In this document: positions 10,364 through 20,551 of the stretch, piece by piece
How the letters are laid out: the number at the start of each line of letters is the position of its first letter
How positions within the stretch are numbered: position 1 is the first letter of the stretch
Source: Diplonema japonicum
Lineage: Eukaryota; Protista; Euglenozoa: Diplonemea
NCBI GenBank assembly: GCA_964019335.1
Contig: OZ025654.1
Location: 62,001 to 126,000 of the forward strand
Length of the DNA: 64,000 nt
Reading direction: 5' to 3'
The notes under the pieces: generated by a model
Seen by the model: the letters and a program-made list of their open reading frames with translations, nothing else
The model's database searches: none
Told to the model about the DNA's origin: nothing
Made by a program: the position numbers and the translations under genes

Positions 10364-11194
10364 TATTTTATTTTTGGCCTGACCCCCAGGACAGGCATAG
10401 CCACCAAAATCAAAGTCACGTTTTCCTACTTATTTACCACCTTAAGCAGTTCCAACTACCTAAATAATCATTAAAAAGAATCCAACCCTATTCTCTGGAA
10501 TCCAACCCTATTCTCTGAATAAAACATATCGCTCCATGGCTTCTTGCCGTGACCGGTACGCGCCCATTGCAGACAGGCTTCAACGGCTCCTCTCTCCCCC
10601 CAGCCGCCAGGCAGGCAGTGGAGGAAGTGATATCCCGCTTGGAGGAACCCGCGCCTTCGTCTGACGAAGGAGAATAAGAAACGCCTAGCCTGCCAAGAAG
10701 CCTCAGCCTCAAGCCAAGCAGCGGCACCCCCAAGCCAACGAACTAACAACACGAGGGTGCCCCGCCCCAACCCTCAAGCAGGTTAGAAAGGATAGAAAGG
10801 AGAGACCAGGGTGGGAGTGCACGGAATGCTCTGGTGAGCACGACACGAGCATTCGCGGGAGGGTCTGCCCGTCCTGCGACTATATGGTGTACGTGCAGGA
10901 CTGGGCAACAGTGAACTAGAATCGCGGTGAGCGCCCCCCCCCCCCCCCCCCCCCCCCCGGGGGGGTATTTTGTTTCTTGGGACTTTTTATTCTTAGGGAT
11001 ATTTTCTGGGATTCTTTTTATTTTTGTAAATCTTATGTTCTGTTTTAATGGTGTTCTGTAAATATTACGTACCCTTTTCGAATTTTTTTGCCCAATTGGG
11101 ACTTTTTACATAACATAATAAGTACAAATCCAGTAAAAACTCAAAGTACAGGACAAGCCCCCCGCTAGAGGGCCGCCCTATGGGAGGGGGGGGT

Positions 11195-14100
11195 CTATCT
11201 GTTAATACTCCCCTTCTGGAGCATTGCTTTCATTCCGATTGAGGCCGTGAGCGTCTTGCGGAGTCGTGTGATGCGGTCCCGCTTGTAGTCGGCTTTCAAT
11301 TCCATTAGCTTGTCGTGCGTGGAGCGGGTGGCGAAAATAGGCCTCCTGGAGAAACCAATAGCTGCCTTTCCTCCAATGGCGATGAGGGACTTCACTCTTT
11401 TTCTCTCGTCCGCTGGGAAGGGGCGTCGCTTCTTCCGTGCCCTGCATGCTGTGTTTATCTTTACGATGAGAGCTTTGATTCTGCGCGCCCTATCTTCCAG
11501 CAGGCCTCCCAAAGACTTTCCGGTCGTCCATTCGAAGTCAATGGCCAGTTCCACCGCCGACACCTCCGAGGTGGTGTCCTTCTCCACCCAGCGCAGTTGT
11601 GACAACCATTGTAGCAGCGGGTTCAGGTACTGGGACAGGACCCCGCTCACTCCTTCGAGCTCGCCAGCTATCGGAACGGGGCATTTCTTACCTACCACAT
11701 TTCGAATCCACGGTAGCGGCTGTGTGTTGACATCCTCCTTCTGCATGAGCTCTACGTCTCGTTTCTCAACCACCACGGCTAAGTATCGTTGCAGCTTCTC
11801 TAGGTACGCAAAGTCATGTCCTCTCGGCAGAACCGCGTGCAATTCCAGACATAGGGGCCATCCTGTCCTGTTGCGCAGTGGTTCCAAGCCGTCCTGTGCT
11901 AGCTCTTCCTGTGCGCAGGCGCACTCGTAGAGTTGGTGGCGGAGTAGGGTTACCGTGTCCGGGTACGGTGATTCACACAGGTCGCACCTGAACCCTTGTG
12001 TGCGTGATACTGTCGTTGTTGGGACTTGGCTTATGCTCTCTTCGACTTCTTCGGTGCCGTCACCTTCTGGTGCCAGGGGGACGCTTCTTTGATTCGTTCC
12101 TGCATGCGGGCTAAGGTAGGGGACCCCTCCGGTGATAACCCGTCTCAGGCAGTAGGACATGAGCGGGTCTTTGGCTGTTTTCCATAGTTGGTTGGTTTTG
12201 GGATCCGCTCCCGCCTCCATCCCTCTCACTGTGTTCCTCTCGTTCGCCAGCGACCTGCTCCGGGCTTTCCTCACCGCGTCCCTAAAGACGTGTCCGCGTT
12301 CGGCCCAGGGTTTGTTCCCACAGTCTAGCAATTGCGCCCAGCTCCATCCTATATAGGGGAGCCACCGACAGACCAGGTTGCCTACTGGTCCCATCGGGGT
12401 GGACCCCGTGCCGTACCCCGCAGCGATCCGCATGCATCTCTGTCGTAGTCGTTCGTCGTCGAGCGCTCCGGACACCACCTTCAGGGAGTGGTATATCACA
12501 TAGGAGAGGGGATCGTTAGTGTGCCCCTTCAAGAGGACTGTGTTCACTGCGGTAGGAGAGCGTCCACGGTGGTGAGGGCCCCATAGGTTGCATGTTACCC
12601 TTGTCGACAATTTCTTGAGCGTCTCGTCACATGGGGGGGAGAACGGTCCGCTGTAGAGGCATGACGGAAGAATCGTCGTGCTGACCATGTGTGCTTTCGT
12701 CTCGAAGGCTAACCTCGTGCAACCCAGCCGGTCTAGCGAGTCAAGCGCATTCGCGGTCGGTTTGTTCCATTTCGTCCCTGTCCTGCGCGTGTTGATTTTC
12801 ACGCCAAGCCCTTTGAGGTCCGACACCGTCTTGTATGGTACAGGTACTTCCGAGCCTTTCTTCATCGCCGTTCGGTCTCCCACGACTCTCGACTTGAACC
12901 CTTCCGCGGTGCCAAAGCCCACCGTCTTTTCCTCGTTGACCTGCATCCCCGTCAGGTCGCAAAACTCTAGAGTCCCTTCGACCGCTGCCTGCAGTGAGTC
13001 CCGCAGCTTCGCTAACAGATAGGCGTCGTCGGCATATGCTAGCACCTCGGCGTCCGGCGCTACCTGTTCGACGGCCCGTATCATGATGGACAGCAAGGCG
13101 TTGATGATGATGACCGACAGCGGGCACCCCTGGAGGATACCGTTTGTGGCCTCAAACGTGTCACCAACTCCTATGGGGTACTTGAACCTCCTCGTGATCT
13201 GGGAGTACATCCCTTGGAGTGCTCTTCCTATAGATTCGTCCATTCCCAGGGCGCTCATGAGGTCAAGGGACAGCTGTTGTGGCACCAGGTCGAAGCACTT
13301 TCTAAAATCCAGGGCCAGTCCCTCCAGCGGCTCCCCATCCACCAAAGCCAGCTCCAGCTTGGTACACAGTTCCATGAGGGCTGTCGTCGTACTGTGCTTG
13401 GGCCTAAACCCGTGCTGTCTCGGCGTGATCCAACGTTCCTGCCAGTCAAGGACACCCTTCAGCCTCGTACACGCCCACAAGCGGTAGATGGTGCTGGTCA
13501 CCGTGATGGGTCGGTGGTTCAGAGGAGCTGACCCTTCACCCTTTGGAATCAGTGACACCAGGGCTGTCGTAATCTGTCTCGGCCACTGGCCTGTCTCCTC
13601 AATCAGGTTGAAGAGGTCTGCGAAAGCTCTCAGGATACTCACCGGAAGACGTTTCAGCTCACTCATCCGCCAACCGTCCACGCCACAGGCCCCTTTGTCC
13701 GGCTTCTTCTTGATCACTTCCCTCAGCTGTTCCGCTGTGATCGAAGTACGCGACATTAGGGTTTTCTTGATCATGTTCCCGTAGCGCTGTGCAAATCGTT
13801 CGTACTGTGGCTCGTCCTCTGGTGCCCGTGCAGAAAAGACGCCCGACCAAGCGTCTCGCATCACCTCGTCCATCTTCCGTAGGTTTGCGGTCACTCCACC
13901 ATCTGCCGTCTCAACCACATCTGTCCTTTGGTTTGGGTGGTCTTTGATCCAGGCAGTGATGTGTCTGCGCTCCTTCCCAAAATCAGAGCGTATTGAACGT
14001 TCGTATGCTTTCGCCTGCATGTTCTTGCGGCATAGGAGCAGCTCCGACAACATTCCCTGGGAGTAGTCCTCAGCTATTTCAAGCTCCCCCCTGATGCTAT

Positions 14101-15330
14101 CAATACTCCCTGTCGCGTCGATCTTGCAGAACTCGACCTTCAGCTCTTCCCCTAGCGTCGTTATGTTTCTGAGCGCGTTCCGTATCTCCACCGGGAGCGG
14201 CCCGCAGTGTCCACCCTCATAGAGTTTCAACATTTGCTGTTTTGCACTTCGAATTTTGAGCTTCAACTTCTCAAGCCGCTGTTTTCGATTTGTTGCCGCC
14301 CCGACTGCCGACTCCGTTGACCTCGCACTCAGCTCTGACCTCGTAGGCTCCCGTACCTTGCCCCTCCCGGTGTATACGTTGCGTACCGGTCCCATGTACC
14401 CATGTAGTAGGTATTGTTCCGCAAGGTCTGATATCTCTGAGAAAGCTTCGGTTGGCCTCTGTGCTGCAATGAACTCACGGTACCTCGACTTCTGCATCAG
14501 TGTCTCCGCTATTCCGACTGGCGCCTTCTTGGTCTTTGGTATCTCCTGCGGGACGGTGTATCTTAGGACTTCTTGTCGAAAGGCTGGGATGTTGAGTGTT
14601 ACCGACAGGCATCGGTGGTCCGACCCGGAGATAGCCTCGCTTACTCCGCAATGCTCGAGCCCCTGGGCCGCGATGTTGTTCAACAGTACCCTATCAACCC
14701 GCGTATTGCAATTGGTTCTGACAAGTGTGCTCTCTACCTGTACTCCATCCCTCCGAGCACAGAATGCAGCGGCGTCTATCCAGTCCGTTTGTAAAGCCCT
14801 CCTTAGTGTGGCGGATCGGGTTTCGTCCGTGTTGAAGTCCCCCACTACTGCCACCGGCACGTCTCCCAGCTCGAACTTGAGTCGGTGTAGTAGGTAATGG
14901 AGAAGCTCTTCACGGTACTTTGCCTTCGTCGGGTCTTGGCCTGAGTGGCAGTATACATTCACCAGGTGGAGCCATCGCTTGTTCCCATCAAGTGAGATCT
15001 TTACGTGTGACCATCTGTCTTTATGCGGCCCAGTCGTTTCACAGATCACCGCTGTCCGTGGTTTCTTCACAAAGGTCCCCAATCCGCCTCGCTTCGCTAT
15101 CGTCAGAGACGTGACACCTTTGGTCTCCCTCCCTGGTTGTGGTTTGCTCCAGAATCTGGTGTACTGTCTGCCCCAAACATCATCTCTCAGCACGTGCTCG
15201 ATCTCCAGCTGCGTCTGTGCCGTGAGGGCAGTTTCTTGGATGCAGAACGCGTCCGGGAGGACAGTAGAGTACTCACCCAGCGCAGTGCTGAGCCGTTGTG
15301 TGTGAGAATGGTGAAACTCTCTCGACCTGG
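11195..15330 (-). CDS. LINE ORF2: AP endonuclease, reverse transcriptase and CCHC-type knuckle (7-nt deletion frameshift near 15280)
   Basis: APE motifs FCIQET, VNVY, GDFN, RVDRVL and SDHR. RT motifs LIPKG, RPITV, QHGFRP, LDFRKCFD, GILQGCPLS and YADD. C-terminal CDLC..HQLYEC. Confidence 0.93.
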
Positions 15331-15366
15331 TCCGGGGTGGGGTTCGACACCCTGTTCGATGAGGCG
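15328..15366 (-). other. 2A/StopGo-like peptide RLIEQGVEPHPG|P (copy 1)
   Basis: Hand translation. The motif resembles (D/G)(V/I)ExNPGP with N->H and lies immediately before APE motif I. Confidence 0.7.
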
Positions 15367-15981
15367 CTCAAACTTCTTGTCAGATAGACGTATCGGGTCG
15401 TATTTGGACGGACGGGAATGGGAATGGAGTGGAGGGAGTGGGTTTGAGGGGTGGGTTTGGGGGGAGTTCTCCTGGAGTCACTGCTCGCATTGCTCGCATC
15501 CGCGGCACTTTACCCTCTTGCAGTTCGGTATTATGCAGGTCTGCGCTGGGTTGCTTTTCGTGATGTTCCCGTCACAGTAGTGGCACACCCCCTTCCAGTT
15601 TTGGTACGTCCCGTTGTAGACGTGGCATACGCCTGCCCAGGCAGTCGTTGATGTCGGGGCCCTCGTCCAGGTCGATGTCGGTGTCATCGTCGTAAAAAGA
15701 AATTTAAAAAAAAAGAAAGAAAAAAGAGAGCGAAACTTCGATCTTTTTAAGACGTAGCAACTCGGCTCCAAAGTGTACTACAAAGTGGATGGAGTGTGCG
15801 GGAGGGGGGCTTTTTTCGTTGTTCCCCTTGCTTTCTGACAAGGTCTGCCATTGTGCCTGTGAGACAGCTGCCCCAACCGCTTGGTGTCCCAAAAGACTTC
15901 ACCCACAGACTTCCTTGAACAATGACTTGCAGGGGTAGGCCCTGCCCCCCTAGAAAATGGGACACTATTTTGTTAACAGAA

Positions 15982-17540
15982 CTAAAGTACGTTCTCCTTC
16001 TGCTTGTTCTTCGCCTTCTTCTTCTTTCCCTTTCCGACCAGCATCGCCCTCTTGAGCTTCGAAGCTATGGCGACCATGGCAGCAGTGTCAATGCGGCAGT
16101 ACGTGAGGATGGGGCCCGTTCTGTCTTTGATGGTCTTGATAGGGACCATGCTCTTGGTGACCTGAAGCATGAACAAGCTTGCCTGGGAACCGTTACCAAT
16201 GCTGGTGTCCGTGGGGTAACGCATGCCATCACATAGTACAGGGAGAACTGCCTTGAGGGAGTACGAGCTGTAAAAGTCCACATGGCGGTACAGCTTTCTC
16301 TTGAAGGGGTCCGCTAGGTCCACCAAACGGTCGATCCTGTTCTGGATCGCAGCGGCGTGGTCCGAGAATACGCTTTTCAGATCCTTTAATACGCTGGCTT
16401 CGAAGCTTGCGTTCCACACAACGATGCACCCTGGTTCGGATGTCTCGTCAAGCAGCTTCTCAATCAGCTCCCTTCGATGGTCTGCTGTGTCAGGACGTAG
16501 GTTTAAGTACTCGAAATGCTCCAAATTATCGGGCAAGTATTTCCCGGGGTTTGCGTCTTCGCAGCTTTGCATCAAATCCGCTTCGATGTCTTCATCAAGA
16601 CAGCCGTACCCGCGCCTATCGACGTGAAGGGAGTACTGAACAGGGACGCGAAGGTTTGAACCTACGTAGGCTTCGCACCTTGGGCTCTTCAGCGTGATGG
16701 TCTCGAAGTCCAAATAGTAGACAGGTTGTTGTCCTGGTGTATCGAATACTGAACGCATCCATTTCTTCAACTGTGGCTTGTCGACGATGACATGGGATGC
16801 GACAAGATCCTTTGCATCTGAGCTTACCTCGTCTGCAAAGCGTTTTCCTGCTAGATATTGTTTGATCTTCGCCTTCTTTAACATGTTCTTCGTGTCCCAC
16901 ACGGACGGACGCGCAGGGTCCTTGTCCCCGTTCATGCAAGCGTTGAAGAACTGGCATTTCGCACACACCCCGTCGTTCAGCGGGATTCTATCGGGTGCCT
17001 CACCGTCGGCATGGATGTCCTCGCAAGACTTCAGGACTTCCAGCATGTCTGTAGGAACCGGTGGGGCGGCAATTACCTTTCCCGTGCGGACCGTGAAGAC
17101 TTTGGTGATGGTGAACTGTGGTTCTGCCAACCAAAGTAGAAACCCCACCCTTTCGGGTTTAGCTTGAGAGTCGCCGAGGACATGCAGTGTCCACGTGAGT
17201 GTGTCGTCATTGCGCACCAGGCACACGGGGTTGGATGTGTAGCCGTCCCTTGTGAGCTTCCAGTTGAGTAGTACTTTGTTGTTTTCAGGGTTCGCGGGTG
17301 TGGGTTGCAGTGCGCGCCAGGGTAGCCCCCTGCCTTTCCAACCCACGGCGTTGTCGCCCTCCCAGTCCTTCGCCTTGCCCGCGTGTTGTTCCCACAGTTC
17401 TTTCATGTGTGCGTGCATCTCCTCTTCTTTCCACATGCCGGCAAGCTGTCCTATTCCTTTTGCCCCTTCGCCGTTATCCGCGTACCACACTGCCCGCCGG
17501 CAAGCCCTGCCGAGCTCAACCTTCCAGGAGGAGATGTTCA
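15982..17540 (-). CDS. DUF2779-family protein: degenerate Cas4/RecB-like N-domain with Fe-S-type Cys motif plus DEDD-like 3'-5' exonuclease domain
   Basis: Motifs YYLDFET, VPVQYSLH, IVVWNASFE, RLVDLADPF, SYSLKAVLP and YCRIDT; N-terminal CRRAVW and CAKCQFFNAC. Start probably at MNISSW; the ORF call extends to 17622. Confidence 0.8.
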
Positions 17541-17669
17541 TATGCGTCGCTTTCCTCCCTCTTTTTACTTTTCGTTGTTTTTTTTCTGCAAGAAAGAAAA
17601 AAGAAACATCTTTTAAATTCAAATTCTTTTAAAAATCATAAGGAAAAGGAGCGGGTAGGGGGTCCCCCC

Positions 17670-18366
17670 TAAAAACCCATGCAAAGGTGGTTTTTTCAGC
17701 TGTTCCAAAAAAACACGTTTCCAAGGCCATTTAACCATATGCCTTACCCAAACTTGCCACAAAACACCCCCAGACCCGGTTTCTACCCCCCAGCCGTTTT
17801 TTTGACCAAGAATGGGTAAATAAAAAAATCAAAAATTGGCGGTCAGGACTTGGGCTGGGGGTGACCGATTTTTATGTTTCAAAGCTTGCATCGCTTTACC
17901 CTGAGAGGAGATGTGCTTGACGTGGATAAAGATGCCAAGTGACCCACCGCCACTGCCATCTCGAAGCTTTGATCGAGATCGGCACGCACGTCCTCTCGGC
18001 ACAGTGCATATCGGCTTCCCGTGCCTGGCTGCATGCAACATGTTTTTTGTGGATTCAAACGCAGGCTGACTTCTCTGCAAAGCTAATACTGACACATGGG
18101 ACTATACCGGCCAACACGTCTCCTCTCACCGAAAAGCGACGCAAGCTGTTGAAACATTGAAATCGGTCACCCCCAGGTACCAAGTCCTGACCGCTTTTTT
18201 TTGATTTTTTAATTTACCCATTTTTGGATAAAAAAAAAGGCCGAAAGGGGTAGAAACCGGGTCTGGGGTGTTTTGCGGCGGGTTAGGGTCAAGGTACATG
18301 GTCAAATAGCCTTAGAAAAGCGTTTTTTAGCAAATCTGAAAAAACCACCTTGCATGGGGCTTTTGA
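17670..18366. mobile_element. Foldback element with ~200 bp imperfect terminal inverted repeats (Mutator-like architecture)
   Basis: About 17670-17875 (cccatgcaaaggtggttttttcag..gacccggtttctacccc..ggtgaccgattt) is the reverse complement of about 18160-18366. Confidence 0.85.
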
Positions 18367-18372
18367 TACCCC

Positions 18373-18992
18373 TAGGCATAGTGGTGAAGCGACTCACATT
18401 CTCGCACAAAAAAAAACTGAGCCGAAATTCTCGCAAAACGACTCGCATTCTCGCACGATTCTCGCACATGCTAGTGTACACTTCAGGTGTGCATGTGTAA
18501 CCCCCCTCGACCTTCATACTCCTCCCGAACTAACGCGATCAGTGCGTTCACGTCCACCCCCGTGTGTGATTCACCCTCCTTGATGTCCAGGTGGAGGGCC
18601 TCTGAGTATCCGACCAGCCCAGAAATGTTTGGCACTGGTGGCGTCTGTGCTTAACGGCAACAGGGTCTTTTCGATGCTTTGCTTCACTCTTCTCGAGCCC
18701 TTATCTCCTTCTCGAATCCGGGCTCCTTTGCCAGCAGCGTGTCTGGTGTCGGTATCTTCATGCGCGAGCTCCACCAATGGGATGCTGAGAAGGCGTGTTT
18801 GCCAAACACAACATCGCCCACCCGTCTATGAACTCCTGCCCCACCACGGGGCAAAGCACTGCCTGTTGAGGTCCTTCGAAGATTTTGACACTCGGGCACC
18901 TGGCTTTCCCTGTTGAAGTTTCAGCCAAAAGAAATTCTCGCATCATTCTCGCATGCGAGAATTTGGTGCGAATCGTTTCACCACTATGCCTG
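18373..18992. mobile_element. MITE family B, copy 2
   Basis: TIR TAGGCATAGTGGTGAA / TTCACCACTATGCCTG; near-identical to 3363-4008. Confidence 0.88.
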
Positions 18993-19059
18993 GGGGGGGG
19001 GGGGGGGGGGGGGACGTGGAAACCTCCCCCCGTTATTAATATTAAAACATGTTTTTACC

Positions 19060-19917
19060 TTATTTCTCCTTGGCAGGGTACCGTGTCTTCCTCTTCCTAC
19101 CGGAGGCGAGCATGGTCTCGTGCGAGGCGGTGACCGAGTCTGCCAGCGCGGGGATGCCCTTGGAAAACCCGGCAGCGAGTGCAGGGAATGCGTCGCAGAT
19201 GTGCTGGTGCATCTTCGAAGAGGTAAGAAGCTCCGCGAAAAACGCAGGGAGGGGAACGGCCGCATCATCGAGTGGCGCGGGGGACCCGCAGGCAGTATGA
19301 AGCGCTGAGATGACTGTATCCTTCGAAGGGTTGCACGTGGCAGGCTGCCGGCCGTACGGCGTATCAACCTGCTCACTATCCGTTCTGCTCCGTGCCAAAA
19401 TACACATAATATCGACCGTTGCCACACGGCATGTGAGGCCCGTCCCTGACGACGACGAGAGCACTGATTCCAAATCCGTGAAGAAATCGCTGAAGTACAC
19501 GTGGACGCCCACTCCAGCGAGGATCACCCCAATGGGCTTTCCTTGCAACGCATCAAAAACCTTTCTCACGGTAGCTGAGGGTATGTCCGGGCAGAGCAAG
19601 CATGACAGCTGTCTTACCTCTTCGTGCTTTGCATCGGGGAAGTCGTGTGCACTGAACGTGTTCTTCAACAAGAAGTACAGCGCCGCCTTGTTGTGCTGCG
19701 TTGCGGTGGCGTAAGCGTACGACCGGTGCACCACGTGGACACCCTTGGACACCGCAAGAAAGTACTCGGAGATGAACTCCAGCGGTCGTTCATCCCTTGC
19801 TTCCAGAAGCAGCTGCACAGCATCATTGAGGTAACACTGCACGCTGAACTTATCTAGGTATTCCTCACCGCTCAGGGAGAAGAGGTCGTCCGGCATGTCT
19901 CGTTGAAAGAGCGACAT
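19060..19917 (-). CDS. CSTPP1 (C11orf49)-like tubulin polyglutamylase complex regulator
   Basis: N-terminal EEYL..YLNDAVQLLLE..EYF..V.KG.HV.HR.Y.Y..AT.HN pattern recalled from CSTPP1/TPGS1-type proteins. Confidence 0.65.
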   Translation of the reverse strand: MSLFQRDMPDDLFSLSGEEYLDKFSVQCYLNDAVQLLLEARDERPLEFISEYFLAVSKGVHVVHRSYAYATATQHNKAALYFLLKNTFSAHDFPDAKHEEVRQLSCLLCPDIPSATVRKVFDALQGKPIGVILAGVGVHVYFSDFFTDLESVLSSSSGTGLTCRVATVDIMCILARSRTDSEQVDTPYGRQPATCNPSKDTVISALHTACGSPAPLDDAAVPLPAFFAELLTSSKMHQHICDAFPALAAGFSKGIPALADSVTASHETMLASGRKRKTRYPAKEK

Positions 19918-19970
19918 AGACACCTGTTACAAAATTCCCTTTTTCTTTTACATATCCCAATAAAAGATTA

Positions 19971-20416
19971 CTGTAGCGAAAAACTCCGGTGACAAAAATA
20001 CCGGAAGAGAAATTTACCGGAGTGACAAACTCCCGGCGAAAAAAGCCCGGATATTTTTCTCCACCGGCATTTTCGGCTAAGGGAGGGTGACCACATTAAT
20101 CTAATCCTTCAAACCACTCTTACTCCCAGGTTCCACGGCATCAAGGCGGCTTAAGTTTGATAGAGTAACATCCCGCATTCGGACTGGAATAAACGAGGGT
20201 TCCGTGGGGCCAGTTTCTTCTTCCCCGTGCCCCAGGGCGGGGGCCATTCTCGGTAGTGCGGATTTCATCGGGGGCATGAAAACGTTTCGCGTCCTTCAAT
20301 GGACTTTCAAAACAAAATCAGGGAACCACTGATTTCAACAATTTCTGTTTACACCTGTGCACATGGGTTAAAGAAGAGTCTCATTCGGAGCTCTTCCGGA
20401 TTCTTTCGTTTTACAG
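19971..20416. mobile_element. Non-autonomous derivative (MITE) of the CTGTA..TTTTACAG transposon family
   Basis: TA|CTGTAGCGAAAAACTCCGG.. and ..TTTCGTTTTACAG|TA termini, with CCGG subterminal repeats as in 8669-10363 and 33681-35347. Confidence 0.65.
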
Positions 20417-20551
20417 TATTTTGTAAACGCTTGACGTTTTCTCCAACTTCTTATTTTTCCTTGTTTTTTTTTGATGACTACTATAACAAGTGCTTCTGTT
20501 CATAAGATCCTCTGCATTCCGCGGTTGTTGGTTCTTCTTAGAAGAATTATC

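Larger units (their letters stand above)
11140..15691 (-). mobile_element. Non-LTR retrotransposon (APE-RT-zinc knuckle), long copy 1, 5'-truncated within the upstream Cys-rich ORF
   Basis: Homology to copy 2 ends at 15691. A 7-bp direct repeat GTAAAAA at 11133-11139 and 15692-15698 is a candidate TSD. Confidence 0.95.

Noticed and set aside
10478-10520. 20-bp tandem duplication GAATCCAACCCTATTCTCTG
   Set aside because: Isolated two-copy duplication with no further structure.
11310-15651. Plus-strand ORFs antisense to LINE ORF2 (also 59561-63837)
   Set aside because: Shadow frames of a GC-balanced coding strand; their conservation is explained by ORF2.
15691-15790. HDV-like ribozyme or Pr77-type signature at the LINE 5' end
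   Set aside because: Copy 1 is 5'-truncated and the 5' end of copy 2 is outside the window, so this cannot be assessed.
18280-18290. GGGTTAGGG telomere-like motif
   Set aside because: Only about 1.5 units inside a foldback arm and not conserved in the other arm.
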